A stretch of 64,000 bases of DNA, taken from the NCBI GenBank assembly GCA_043228905.1, contig JBHGNT010000011.1, forward strand, positions 2,480,001 through 2,544,000. The letters run 5' to 3'. A model generated the notes under the pieces. The model ran no database searches and was not told the origin of the DNA. It was given only the letters and a program-made list of their open reading frames with translations. The translations under genes were made by a program, and so were the position numbers. Each line of letters opens with the position of its first letter. Within the stretch, counting starts at the first letter, position 1. This DNA is from Azolla caroliniana. Lineage: Eukaryota; Plantae; Polypodiophyta. This document shows, one piece after another, positions 1 through 14,284 of this stretch.

Positions 1-113
1 TGTTCAATTGAGGATTCCAAGCTTCCCAATCAACACTATGAAATTGAGATCTCAGAATATCCAAAAAAACCAAAACCCAAGCACAATTACTTTTTGAAGT
101 AAGAACCCCTTAC

Positions 114-3100
114 AAGGCAGTCATTGAGATGCAGAAGCTCAGGTTCACTGGAATTGGTCCATCCAGCTGATTATCGGATAAATTTCTGCAGGTTTGTAAT
201 AGATGAGAACATACATCACAAGTATAGCCAATGGGCACTTCTCATAATGTATTTGCATGGAATCGATCTACAAAAGTTGTCATTTGGTATGCATGCTTAC
301 AGTTCCCAGAGATTCTGCAGTTGACCAAACTCTGATGGGATTTTCCCAGTGAGGTTATTGTCATAGAGCTGCCTGAAAGTCCATGAATGGAGAAGAGTTT
401 ATATTCATTAACTCTACTTGGGAATATATGTTTTATACCAAATTATCCAAAGAAATATAGTTCTTACAAGTACTCGAGCTGAGTCATATTCCCAAGCTCA
501 GGTGGAATGGATCCAGTGAGATAATTTCCGTGCAAGTATCTGATAATAGAATATGATACAGAAGATGCTTCAAAGCCCCGTCAAATACCTACTCCAATAG
601 ATGATTCAAGTCTGGTTTAACTTACAGAAACCTCGTGAAGGTCAGGTTCCCCAGTATAATTGGAATGGAACCCGAGAGCTGGTTATAACTCAAGTCCCTA
701 GAATAGACATAGAAAAATTGTTAATATAAGGTGAGCCTTCACTAGTATGCCACACTGGTATCTTAATATAAGGTCATGCAAATAATCTCATCTCAGTGAC
801 ACATTCAATGGCTGTGGAACATGAATATTCATAAAAACTATCTACACACTTACAAAACTGCCAATGCTTGCATTAGACCGATAACACTTGGGATCTTGCC
901 AGTGAGCTTATTCCCTTGCAATGCTCTGTAATCAAACATCAACATCATCTACAATGTTTCTTCAACTTAAACACCAATCCAAATTGAAGTGTCCATTAAT
1001 GTCTGGGCTTCATGCATCATGAAATACAACATACTCCATGCAGTTGAGATTAAAAAACCATGCATCATATGCAATGTGCTCCATGAAGTTGAGATCAAAC
1101 AGCATGCATTCATTATATACAGCATGCTCCATGTAGTTGAGATCAAACAACATTTGTTATATACAACATACTCCATACAGTTGAGATCAAACAACATACA
1201 TTATATATCTTTGTAATAAGCCCTGTTTTGGCATTTGTATTAGCAGTCATAAATTTTCAAACTTACAGTGTGGCCACTTGAAGGAATCCGATATTGTAAG
1301 GAATGCTCCCGGAGAAATCATTGGATGCTAAATCCCTGTAGTTTTACAACAAAAATGCCTTGATGATGAGCCTGGTTAAGTCCTTGTTCAACAGTGTATG
1401 CAAGAGGCACATAAGTGTGAGACTTACAATACTTGCAAACTAGTGCAGTTTCCGATGGTTGCAGGGATTTCACCAGTCAGATTGTTTCCTGCAACATCAC
1501 TGTGAAGGCCTCTCTCTGCATTAGTAACGGATTTCCAGAAACTTGTTGGAAGGTTAAGTGAGATATTAACATTTGAAAAATGCAAACTTGAATCATCATT
1601 ATATGCAAATAGGTGAGATGCATTCATGCATTATACATTGATAAATGTGAAATGCAGCATTCCTATCATCATTACATACAACAGTGAATGAATCTCATGT
1701 TCTAAATGTATAAATAATGTAAGACATCAGTTCACAAAACCGCAAAACACACTAGAATCATGGTTACATACAAATAGATTAGACTGGTGAGTCTCCATAT
1801 ATCTGGTGACAGGCCGCCCGATAAGAAGTTATTCCGCAGCCCTCTATGTATAAAGAAAAGACTTTGAAGCTTAAGATTCTGAGTTTTTTTTTATGAATGG
1901 AAGCTCAGGATATGACTGAGGGAAAAGAATGATGTTTAGATCATAGAAACTCACATATATTGTAGAACTTCACTCCAATAAATCACCGATGGTATCTCAC
2001 CAGTTAACTGATTGTCCGCAAGATCTCTGCACCGCATAGGAGAGATACATTATACTATGCAATCAAGAGTACAAAGAGAGACAAGGCGATCAATTACGCA
2101 CAACATATTGAGGCTGGGCAGCTGAGACAAAGTCGAAGGAATGGATCCAGCAAGCCTGTTGTTCTTCATAATGCTGCATTCATTACAGTCATTCACAACA
2201 CAAAGAACTAAATTTACCAAGCATCATGATAATTTGCTCCTAATCCTCTTAATAATAGTATAAAGCATCATGATAATTTTTTTCTCCACTGTTATAGGTA
2301 TAATTTCTCCTCTGATAATAATATTATTGAGCAACACCGTGCACAGCATAGAAATAGTGTAGTTACAATGACTGTAGCACTTTGAGCTTGGAAAGAGAAA
2401 ATGGTATATTGCCCTCGATTTCATTGTATGAAAGATCACTGCAAGGAAGAGAAACACATAATCAAAGACTTCCAAGGAATGAATATACATGTGATGAGTG
2501 TAAGTTTTGTTTATTTCATGTTTTTACTTACAGCTCTTCGAGGCTGCTACAGAAGCCAATCTCATCTGGGACCTGCCCCACTATCCTATTGTGGCTCAAG
2601 TTCCTGAGAAAGATAATTTACCCCTAATTAACCATCAGAGCACAATCACTATCAGTGACCATTCAATTCTGAAGAATCAAGGCTTTTACACAGATCTCAA
2701 GCTGTTCAACATTCCGATCGAAGGGGATATTTCTCCACTAAGGCAGAGGTTTGAAAGGTCCCTGTGATAATCCATACCCACACAACACAATCAAGAGAAG
2801 CATTTATACATACATATACATAGATACAAGGATGACTTAAGTCAAGCCTAATGAGATATTGTAGATTTAAGTAATTAGTTCTCCCATGTGATAAATACAT
2901 ACCCACATTAACGCGTGCAATTTCACAGAAAAAGAGAGAGGTAAGAAGTATGATCAAGTGAAGCCTACTGAAGGATATGGGTGATTATACAAGGAAACAT
3001 TGCAGTTAATCTTACAACTGCACAACCGCAAGAGTCTTGTTATCACAGGTCACTCCTTGCCAAAGGCAACAGTTGATTTGTGTGGATGCATCCCATGAAT

Positions 3101-4276
3101 AGAGCTCATTATTTGGATCTTTGAAAGCACTCTTCATGTCCAGCAATGCTTGCTCTGCAGCCCATCACAAAAGCAAAATGGAGAGAATTCAGACAGAAAT
3201 CGATAGGATATATTTTGAAACATATGCATGCTTGCGATAATCATAATGGGTATAGAAAAACAATGAGAAATGTTTTCAATATCCATTGTATGTGATATCT
3301 GCAAGGGAAAATCAAAGGTTTTTTGTGCTCAATACCTATGAATGTGATAGAGCAAGAGGCAAAACAATTGCCCATTGTTTATTTTCCATTATAGATATCA
3401 CATACAATGGATATTGAAAATATTGCTCATTGTTTTCTGCTATATGTTTTATACACTCAGTACTCATCATGCATGTCTGTTACATTCTTTTTTCAAAGAA
3501 GAAAATTGTTTGTGAAACAAGGTTTTAAAGCAATGTATGTGTCAATAATAAGCAAGTAAGAAGGAAACAGTGATTGCTGCCTTTCAATCATTCCTTCAAC
3601 GATATTGAGCTACAAAAATTGTAGTTAAGAGCTAATAAATTTGTAGCTAAACACACTACACACAGACACTAAACAAAAGTATAGTTCAAAACACACATCC
3701 CCCACCCTTCCCCCCAAAAAAAGCAACTAAAAGAACATGTCTGTTTAATAATTTAATAGATGAATTAAACTAGTTGGCTAATTGTTTTTACTTTACTTTA
3801 TTGTGAGCTTCAATCTAATGTGATATAAATAAAGAAATGGATTCATTCATTATATATACATATACATATATATATTCCATTCAAGACTTATTTAATTCTA
3901 GTATAAGCATTAATGGCATTCTCGTTTAATTCATCTCCCATTTTCATTTAATTATAAGTTTAGTTTAAGCCTTCATGGTAATGGAAGTATTATTTAAGTT
4001 CAAGTTTAAATTTCAGTATCAAAGAAGGCTAATGCAGGTATTAAAACATTGAAGTCTAACTATAATTATATGGCTCAATGTTCTGTTTATTTCTTTGTTA
4101 CTCTGTTTTTATCTTCACAGAACAAGAAAACAAAATAGAGGCCTCCCCCCCCAAAAAAAGGGACCTTGTGAAATGCCATCTTGACAATAACATGAGGGCA
4201 AGATGATGAAGAGGAAGAAGAAGGAGATGAAAATGGAGGAGGAAGTGGAGGAGGGGAGAGGTCTGCAGCTTTCCAT
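114..4276 (-). CDS. ERECTA: ERECTA-family LRR receptor-like kinase, exons 1-15 (3' part lies off the left edge)
   Basis: GT-AG exons read by hand: 4165-4276 (signal peptide MESCRPLPSSTSSSIFISFFFLFIILPSCYCQDGISQ), 3016-3154 (LRRNT, SWDASTQINCCLWQGVTCDN), then one-LRR exons 2690-2761, 2532-2603, 2367-2438, 2102-2173, 1955-2026, 1772-1843, 1428-1499, 1267-1335 (69 bp, IPYNIGFLQVATL), 854-925 (LQGNKLTGKIPSVIGLMQALAVL), 626-697, 468-539 (YLHGNYLTGSIPPELGNMT), 301-372, 114-185. The 72-bp exons and the GFLQVATL and GLMQALAVL motifs are characteristic of ER/ERL. ER versus ERL orthology is not resolvable. Confidence 0.93.
1030..1208. repeat. ~45-bp tandem repeat (4 copies) in an ERECTA intron
   Basis: Core ctccatgNagttgagatcaaaca recurs at about 1033, 1079, 1127 and 1171. 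Confidence 0.8.
3254..3438. repeat. Inverted repeat (46-47-bp arms, ~92-bp loop), MITE-like, in ERECTA intron 1
   Basis: 3254-3300 (agaaaaacaatgagaaatgttttcaatatccattgtatgtgatatct) is the reverse complement of 3393-3438 with about 3 differences. Confidence 0.8.
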
Positions 4277-4384
4277 GGGAGCTTCAGCATGAACTAGCTA
4301 GTGGGAAGAAGAAACAGCACAATGCAGGATAGGTATATGACTAAAGATGGAAGGCATCTTATCTAGCTAGTTCCAGGATGGATG

Positions 4385-4420
<36 letters not shown>

Positions 4421-4633
4421 AAAGAAAGAAGGAGACAGAGTATCTAAGTTTTGCATCAAGGTTGAGTCAAAAGAGCCCACAGAAAGAAGAAGAAGAAGGA
4501 GAAGAAGAAGATGCAGAGGCGTCAGGAAACAGAGGGAGTGATTGCCCATGTGTCTTTAATTGACTTCCAGTGCAATTGCAGAGAAAGAAAGAAAGATATA
4601 TTAATGTCTTCTAAGGCCAAATTTGGCCCATGA

Positions 4634-5130
4634 TAGAGAGAGAGTGTGTGTGTGTATGTGTATGTGTGTCTGTAATTTGAATGGAGAGAGAGAGAGAGAG
4701 AGAGATAGTGTGTGTGTAGGAATGGAGAGAGAGAGAGAGAGAGTGTGTGTGTGTGTGTAGGAATGGAGAGAGAGAGAGAGAGAGAGTGTGTGTGTGTGTA
4801 TGTGTTTAAAAGGAATAGAGAGAGAGTGTGTGTGTGTGTACTATGTAGTAGGAATAGAGAGAGAGAGAGTGTGTGTGTGTGTACTATGTAGTAGGAATAG
4901 AGAGAGAGAGAGAGAGAGAGTGTGTGTGTGTACTATGTAGTAGGAATAGAGAGAGAGAGAGTGTGTGTGTGTGTGTATGTGTGTCTGTAATTTGAATGGA
5001 GAGATAGAGAGTGTGTCTATGTAGTAGGAATAGAGAGAGAGTGTGTGTGTGTAGTAGGAATAGAGAGAGAGAGAGTGTGTGTGTGTGTAGTAAGAATAGA
5101 GAGAGAGAGAGAGAGTGTGTGTGTGTGTTT
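4634..5130. repeat. Compound (GA)n/(GT)n minisatellite upstream of ERECTA
   Basis: Repeated unit gtaggaat[a/g]-(ga)n-(gt)n, roughly 10 copies. Confidence 0.9.
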
Positions 5131-5686
5131 GAAATAGGAATGGTGAGAGTGTGTGAGTGTGTATATGTAACTTTGTAAGAGTGAGATTGAGAGAGAGAGA
5201 AATTGAGACATGGAGTAGCTGAAGCATAAGAAGTGCATTAACGTCTCTGAGGGAAGGCCTATGCGACTCGTCCCATTTGGCGTGCTGTCAAAACCAACAA
5301 GGACATTATATAGCCTATAGCGCCTTGATGTCTCCTTAAAGCTCATTTTATTATAGCCTCCTGGACAGTTGTTCGAGAAATGAAGATTAACAAGCCTTAA
5401 ACCAAGTTAAAAGTTGGAAAAGAGATAGATAAGAGATACTAGCCGAGAGAGTTTGAATGGAGCGTGCGAGGGAGAGTGCATGCGAACACTAGACCAATGC
5501 CATGATGCTAGATTATCGTGGCCAAAAATGGGCTTATAAGATTGGAAGAGATTACATCGTAAAGAGAGAAGAGAGTCTATGGATAGATAGCGAGATGTGA
5601 TTGATGGATAGTTTTATGAGATTGACCCACATTGTTGTGCACTCATTTGAGTTGCTAAAAGCTTGAGATAAAGAGAGAGAATGTGT

Positions 5687-5722
<36 letters not shown>

Positions 5723-8538
5723 ATGAACTTCCTAGAAAGGAAATGAAATGACAGATATATTAACGTTTTCGAAAGGCCAAAAAGAACCCAAGAGACTTAA
5801 AAAAATTACACCCATGCAAGACCTGATACAATTTCTGATAACGAGGAAAGTGTAGACAAAACAAACTCTAACCTAGGTAAATAGAAAAGGAATGGGAATG
5901 GATAATACATCAACCAGGGGGAGACACAAAGCTTCATAGAGAGAGAGGAAGAATGAGAGGCAGATACAGAGCTTCCAAGAGAGGGGGGAGGAATTTCATG
6001 GAGATTTGATTAGTTTGTTTCCCAAATGTCACGTAAGAATCTCCTGGTAGGCATGCAAGGTGTGATCTCGCAATGGAGGTGGCAATGGTAAAGATGGAGA
6101 TGGAGTTTTGTTAAATGAGTGATCATGTCATCGTGAAGGGTTGGATTCTCCCAATGTTTTTTCTTTTGTGTTACAAGTTCTGTTGTGCATGGGTAGAGGA
6201 AGGGATCGCATGTTCCGTGATGCATGCCACCACACATAATAAGGAAGAACAAGAACCATGGGGCAAAACACTCACACAAGGGTACATGGCATCATATTCT
6301 TAGAGGTTACCGTGTCTCGAGCCATGTGTGCATGGCAAGAGATGAAGAGCGAGGGGGTCTCTGTCTCTTCCATAATTTTGCATCACTAATCACACATCAA
6401 ACTCCTCAAGCTTTTTTTTTTGGCTTTTTTTGCCTTCTTGTGTGACAATGTATGCTTTGGGGAGAGAAATGCATTCATCACTCAATCCATCAACCCTTCT
6501 CTCTCTATATTCTCTTGAGATTCCTTTTGTAGCATGGAGTTTTGTTTGAACCTCTAGGCTCTCTCTCTCTCTCTCTCTAGATCCTATAGCCCACTCTAGA
6601 TTCTCTCTGTGTCTCCCTCACCCTAGATTCTTGCTCTAGACTCTCTCTCTCTCTCTCTCTAGTGACTTGTCACTCTACCCATGTCTTTCTTTTGGTGGGG
6701 ATGGATGGATGGAGTGTACACCTAAACTTTAGGATAGTAGGCACTTCATTGAAAGTCATCCCTTTTTAACTTACTTCATTCAACCTCCCACTTCACCTTC
6801 TATCTATCTCCCACTCACTCACTCACCCTTTCTTCTTTTTTAAGCTATGCTAATCACGCCTTTAGCCTTTTGAGTTCCTTGGTAAATTAGGGGTTAGAGT
6901 TGCCTTGAAAGTTTAATATCTAAGGTCTAGGGTTGGTTGGCATATTCTAGGTGTTTAACTTTGGTTGCCATAGAAGGATTTAGGGGGTTTGTTCTCAATC
7001 AACCCCCGAATCCTCTCTCTCACTCATAGATCATATTTGACCTCCGAAGATGATAATAAAATCTATCTTTCTATCTCTTTCTGGGTAGGATTTTGGTCAT
7101 CATGTGTTCATATGCTCATGAATAAGGTGTCATGACCCAATTTGTTTTAGAACTTCCTCTCAATAAAGTTATAATTTATTGTTTTGAGAAGCCTAGTTTG
7201 AAAAGCTTATATAAAGCCTATGTTTCTAAGAAAAACTAGCTTGAAAAGTTATACTAAAGTCTATAAGGTAAATAAGAAGAGATATTTGTGCTTTATGTAT
7301 TGATGAAGGTAGCATTATATTTATGGTGCTTGTCAATATTGATTATTTTCTTTACATTATTAAATTTTCGCGACGACATTGCAAACAAAAGGAAAATGAT
7401 ACTTGCCATTAAACTCAAGAACAAATCTTTAGGGTCACTTAGACTCTCTTTCAACCTGTTGTTTTCTCAAGCAAGGCATGATATTATTGTTTCAAATTTC
7501 AAAAGCGATGTCGAAAACATGATTCTTTCGCAATCTAACATTTGCATATATGAGGATATAAATAATGGCTTTCAAGCACATATATTCCTAGTATATTATA
7601 TGTGTGGGTGTGGGTGTGTACATATACATACATACTCTTTCAAGCTATATTTCATGATTTTCCATTGGTCAAATCAAAATAGAAAATGAGCGTTCATAAC
7701 AAAAGGGAGCACATTTGTATACTATTGCTTGGTGTTTGCTAGCGTATGGACAATAGAAATATCCAAGAAATTCAATATTAAAATGTGTACAAGGTAAACT
7801 TTCTATCTAAATCATGCCACAATAACACACAACAACAAAGATTGGTTTCCTCACCATTTTCTAATAGTTGGACGATCCTAATTACGTTGTGTTCATGCTT
7901 GGAAGCTCAAGATTAAAATGCATCCGGGCTAAACTTTTTATCTAAAAAACTTTTTATCTAAATCGTGCCACAATGAAACATAGCAACAACGATTGGTTTC
8001 TTCACAATTCTCTAACAATTGGATTGTTCTCTATCCATTGAAAAGGGAAAGGGTAATATACTGATGAAATGAATGTACATTGTTTGGCCTATATATATGC
8101 ATGCATATTTGTCTATGATTCCCTTCCTTAATTGATTGAATGGACATGTTGCTGAAGTTAAGATAACCATGATACAGACAACCATCATATTTCAACATCT
8201 CACTTTTCTTACATGCATCAATGAAAGGCTATTTTGTACTCATATCAAAATGTTCATGAGTATATTTTTCCCAATGTTGTTTATATGGATATTGAGCAAT
8301 TTTGTTATTGTTAAGGTTTAGCCATGATTTATTTTTAGCTAAGTTTATAGCATAAAACTCAATGCAATTATTGACCCACCAAACAAAAAGAAAATACCAG
8401 GAAAGAAGTAACACACGATCAGAACAAGTAATAACTTATGGTAAAAATATATGTTGAAGATATTGCACATGATCAAAACAAAGTAATTTAATATATAGTG
8501 TAACAAGTATCATTGTAGAAAAATAGATGCAGTGGTTA

Positions 8539-8574
<36 letters not shown>

Positions 8575-11500
8575 TGTGTATGTATATATATGTATTGCTA
8601 ATAGGGCATAGAAATGATTGTTTCATTCTTCTAATACTGATCGTACAATCATCATGTACTATATAAAGATGATTGAGTTAGTGCAATAAAGTGGTTCACA
8701 TCAACAATCAAATTTGCAATCTTCAACACTGATTGGACCAATTAAAGCCCACAATTCATAGGTTATGCAAAGCGAGCTTAAAAAGATCTCAGATAGTTCT
8801 AACACTAAGTTGTTTCCAACCCAAGGTAGGGGACCTACCTAGAAAAGAGGAACCCAGAGTTTGGAAAGGGGATCTCTACCCCCTTTAGTGGGTCGAAACT
8901 TGTACATAGCCATGACAAAGGAATTGTCCCCCTAGGGCAAGGAAATTAGTCCCCCCTAGCAATTACTGGTGTAGACTTTTGAAGGATGAGTACAGAACCC
9001 TTGATAAAAAGGAATGAGTTGGCATCAAATTGCATAGTTTGTGTGAAGATTACTATAGCTTGATTAGGTATATGACTTAAACATGATGTAAAATCTATAC
9101 CACAAAAAACACCTTAATGCTTGATAACCATTATATTGATATATTGACTCTATCATGAACTGTTATAGTTAATACCAATGCATTCACGAGATTATAAACT
9201 TTGTAATGTTGATGCCATTCTATGGAGATTAAGATTGCTATATTGCACATGGGCTTAACGAGACGTAACAATCATAAACCAATAATGTTATGTGGTTGCT
9301 AGGTGGGACCTAATTAGTATGGCTTCACTTGAGTAATGTGCAACATATTCTGAGGGAATTAGCATAGTTGTCTCCTTTGCCTTAAAGATCATCGTATCAA
9401 TTGTGCCCTCCTATATGAGTTAGGTGAGCTTGAACATCAATTAAATGCATGTTTCCCATATGGAATCGTGAAATTGACATTAATATGATTTGAGCCATTA
9501 GAATGACTTAAGTATGGACATAATAAAAGAATATAGTTCTTAATTAGGTTCTCTTCATGTCAAAAGTAACACATGAGATCCTAGGACAAAGGCACCAATA
9601 CCAACATTATGATAACATAGTATAAAGTCACACATCTACCCCCAAGCCGTATGGAGTGCGAATTCGGGAACCAATAAATTGGCAAGTGCACATATGTGCT
9701 TGGAGAAAGGAAGCGCAATGATTAGCATGTTCTTTGAGCTCTTGTCCCGACTCCTCGCACTTCCTTTTCATAATGTGATTTTTGTCTTACCAAGAATCGA
9801 TCATAAGCATGTGTCATAACCCAACTCCACATGTTAATTAATTGAAAGCACATGTATTGGAAAGATAAAGGATAACTTGACCCCACAAGTTACAACTAGA
9901 TTTAACAACGACAATTGTGGTAATGCCACATCATCAATAGCATCTCAAACCTCCAGTGATATCTTTACCAATGATTGAAATTTGTGTCCTTGATTTTCTT
10001 GTTGCAAATATAAAGTAACCCTAATATCTATATTGCATGTCTATCATGCACATACAATTAGCATATCCATGATTACTAACAAAGCATATAATTGATCGAT
10101 GCTAATGTGGGCCCGATTTACATTTTCACCAATACAATTAAGGTCTAGAAAAAGTTAGATCATCATGCTTGTTTTATACACTCTCTTCAACAAACACATC
10201 CTTCAAAAGAATGGGAACTAGGGAACATGATACATCAATCAAGGTTTTGTGATCACAATCACACACACAATTTGTTGACATGGTTAAATGAGAAAATGTT
10301 GTCATCCAATGGGGTTATAGTTATAACTTATAAGTGACATGGGTAAAAAAATGTGCCTCATGTGATATACATTCCGAAGAAAGGGACCTAGCTAGGTAGG
10401 CGGTTTTAATACATATACATAACTTTTTGGGATAAACTTGCTAAGACTCTTTAACTAGCTAAAAGAACAAATACGCATGTCCTTCGGTTTAAACTTGAGG
10501 GAGAGAAAGTGAGATGCTCAACCTCTTTATCTAAAGGAAAAGTAGTTTAGCCATGTAACAATATTAATTGAATGCCAAACAGTAAATTGTTGTTATGTGG
10601 GGCATTGATGGGCCATTCTGGCGACTAAATTGGAGGTCACCTTACTTTCAAAGGCTAAAAAAGTACTTAGTGCATTCGAGTAAATGGTTGTTGACCAAAG
10701 TGTAAAAAGGATTCTTGAGTTGTACTTCCAATTGTATTTGCGTCATCTTATCGTATTGGAATTAAGATTAGAGATTTATTGTTTGTGATGGTTGAAATTT
10801 TTTATTCTATTTATTCTTAATGTTTTCAGGCTTGTGAGGTTCATGTGCGAAAAGTGTTTGTTCAAGGCTAATGAATTATAGAGTTAGTAAGAATGTCTCA
10901 AACTCTTTCTTGTGAATTCATTTGAAATGTCGCCCATGCATTCATCATTCAACTTCATTCAACCTTGTGGTTGATTATTTTGATCAACACTATTGCAATT
11001 TCTCCGATCGATAACTTTATATTGAAAAGTATTCACTCATTGGTAAGTTTTTGTACAAAAAACATTTTCTTTTTACATTTTTTATTGTTCATAGATAATT
11101 GTGCTCACAAGTTCTTTGATTATAAAGTTTTCGTTAATAATACAATGATTCAAAGAAAACAAAAACCCTCGATATGTATATGAATGAAACTTCACATTTA
11201 ATTTGGCTTTCACATGTGCTACTTAATATATTGTTGCATTTGTGTTAAAAAACTATTGATTGAGATGCTTGATAGGATGGTTTTTAAAGACACTTGCCCG
11301 CTATTAGGTAATAACATAATACATTTCGCCATTATATTGTGAGACTAATTCGTGGGTTCAACCACATGATTGATCCCACACATTCCGTGTAAAATTATAT
11401 AATGGGCCATGAGTTTGCTCCCATCACAAATGTTATGAACACTATCCATAACCTATTGTTTGGCTCCATATCTTGATATCTAAAGGATATGCCACCCAAT

Positions 11501-12456
11501 ATTTAATTTTCTTTTTTGTGTATGCCTAAAGGCTATATTAATAATGACAAATAGCAAGTGTGAGGACCATAACTCTATTACAATTGAGACTAAAAGATCT
11601 ATTATCGAAATGGAGCAAAAGATTCTTAAGGTTGATATAAATGCGTTGACATCAAGCAAAGATTCATAATTCATAAATAAATATGCATGCATTCCGATAC
11701 AATCTATTTTTTGTTGTCTTCCCTTTAAAGTTTCTACCATGTCAACTTGATTTGAGGTCGCTAAACTCTTCTCAAAACTTCCTCTTATCTTAATGTCACA
11801 TCTTGTTATCGATTACTTGTCAATGCCAATGTACTTTCTCTTTGTATTCCTTGCCCATTCTCATCATTCAAGAACATAAACCTTCTTCGTTTAATGTGCC
11901 ATACACATTCCATAACCTTATCCCAACCCTTAGCAACAATACATTAGTTGCTTGCCTCAAGATGGAACGTTTGGTCTCATCTCGTATGCACATATTCTAC
12001 CTTCTTTGTATTGATTGCCCTATGTCTCTGACTACTTTCACATGTATATATCTCCAGCAAGGCGTGTTTTTAAACACTCTCACACATTACACACATGTAC
12101 GTGTTTGAGATAGGGGATATGGGCAATGCATATGAAATTGACAAAGTGACAAATAGGCAAATAAATTATGAATAGATTTAAAAAAGTAGGTACAAAGTAA
12201 AAAGAGAGAAACCAATAGGATAAATAAGTTATAGTTTCAATGAAAAGCTATACCATAGCATTCATGAAGAATATCATACCACCCACATCAACATTATCAT
12301 ACCACCCACATAAGCACTATTTTGTACACAAAGTTCCCTCGAGTATCCCCCTCCCTCCAATTCCACTAAATAGTTTTCTAAACCGCAATGTGAAATTCTT
12401 TTTATAGCATGGAAGGAAGTGCATGATCGAAGTCAATCATTAACCAATGTTTTTGT

Positions 12457-13319
12457 TTTCCAAAAAAAAACTGTTTCCATTAGTTATAAAATTTTACAAA
12501 TGAGACGATTATGTACAAATCCTTGTAGGGATGCGATAGTTCCATCTTATGTGGATGCCCACTGACTCAAGAAAGGGAGAGGACAACCATTGTTGGATGA
12601 AGGCTATTCGTTGTCTTTCAACTCCATCGGAGCCGCCCTTGAGGCCATCATATTGGCTCTTTAGAGTGGCTACAATTTCACTCCATATCTCTTGCAGTAA
12701 CCTTGTTGGATGTGCAGTTTGGTTGGAAAAGACTCGTCTACACCGTTGTTTCCATAGAATCCAAAGAGTTATTGGGCTGACCAGTTCAAACACAACTTGA
12801 GATTTGTCATTAAGAGGAGTTGAGTGGACATTGCCGTTGGTGGAGAAAAAAACCTCTTGTGCTTTTATCACCAAAGTCATCCCCTCCTGATGCTCGTATC
12901 TGCCAACTGGGGTCTGCCATGATAGCCAACATATATTTTCCCAATTTGATTGAGCCTTGCACCTGGCATAATTGCAACAAGCGGCCAACCCCCCGCCATA
13001 TTCGATGGGACGTTGGGTAGTTCCACAGAGCGTGTCGTATTGATTCTACTACATGTGGGCACTCTACACAATTAAGAGAGCTAAGGTTCCCACATTGCCA
13101 TGCTCCCACTGGTAGGGACTTATGTATTAATAGCCATTGGAATGTGGTAATTCACCTCGCGTGTTATTGTTTCTAGATTTTCTGCCAAAACTTGGTGATA
13201 ATTGTGGGAGGAACTTGAAATGTGTGCCAGACCTTCAGAGCAACCGGCTCTCGGGCAGTTTGAGCAGCCAAAATGTGGCGACCCAATCTAGTTGTCCCTA
13301 AACCCTAAACCCTTGGTGA
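12457..13319 (-). mobile_element. 5'-truncated L1-type LINE remnant (3' end of ORF2)
   Basis: Minus-strand fragments CVECPHVVESIRHALW (zinc-knuckle region) and ITLWILWKQRCRRVF are typical of the plant L1 ORF2 C-terminus. A perfect 16-bp TSD TAACCAATGTTTTTGT lies at 12441-12456 and 13320-13335. Confidence 0.8.
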
Positions 13320-13961
13320 TAACCAATGTTTTTGTGGATCATGTTATTGTATTTAGAATTAATGTACGCACATTCCCCCTTGCAACACTAATAAAAATAG
13401 TAAAGTCCGACATAAAGAAAATCAGAAAACAATACAATGTAGGGGTTTTTTTGATTAATGATTTATAATTTCTTTTTCAATTTTTATGTCTTTAAACATA
13501 ACTATTCAATATTACTATAGAAGTATGTTGGCAATGATTATAATCATACCATATTATGGTAACAGAGCAAGGTAAGAAGTGAGTGTATCATGATAAATGT
13601 ACTTTGAGCCTTTTAAATGAAATGAGAGTAAAGGCCAGGGCACTGTATATCATTGTACTTTGTAGCAATAGATGAATAGATAAATTGGCAGTGCAAGTCC
13701 CGACAAAAATCTTCATATATGTGAACTCTCATTCTTTGTAGTATTGTCGTCAAACAAAGGCACAAATAGTTTTGAAGGTGGCATGGAAACAATTTTATAA
13801 TTTCATGTAAAAGCATAGAGGAAGATTTCCTAGTTAATAAAGCTACCTCAAAAACCAATAAGAGGATATTAATCTAGGTCCAATGACAACTTCTCGATTC
13901 TCTATCCATATTTGTGTTTTTATTATAATGCATTTTGGAGTACAACTTCTCATTGGTGGAT

Positions 13962-13987
13962 CTCACTCACTCACTCACTCTCTCACT

Positions 13988-14030
<43 letters not shown>

Positions 14031-14057
14031 CTTCTCTCTCTCTCTCTCTCTCTCTCT
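13962..14057. repeat. (TCAC)n-(CA)n-(CT)n compound microsatellite
   Basis: Directly visible. Confidence 0.9.
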
Positions 14058-14284
14058 GGTTGAGTCACAATTTTTCTGGCAAGATATTTCTTTCTTTTTG
14101 AGGTGAACATCTTGAGCTCCATGCCCTTGTCAGATTAATTTTTATTTAGGGATCATTATAAAATAGGAAAAAACTCTGAAACAACCAAAGGTTTTCCTTT
14201 ACTTCCAAAGATGGCCATGAGTTATTTCCTCAAACACCCTAGTCAACCCACAAAAGAGAGAAAATAGGGCTGGATAGGTATCCT

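Noticed and set aside
1030-1208. Regularly spaced repeat resembling a CRISPR array
   Set aside because: The spacers are similar to each other, the context is a eukaryotic intron and there are no cas genes; it is a minisatellite.
124-2957. Short ORFs in the ORF track over the ERECTA region
   Set aside because: They are antisense or intron-spanning by-products of the spliced gene.
4841-5346. His/Thr/Leu/Ser-rich ORFs
   Set aside because: Translations of GA/GT microsatellites.
7800-8025. ~70-bp direct repeat pair
   Set aside because: A local degenerate duplication with no LTR, TIR or TSD features.
8700-12110. Possible highly decayed DNA-transposon (hAT-like) coding remnant on the minus strand
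   Set aside because: Only faint motif hints, with no continuous frame or termini. A translated HMM search is needed.
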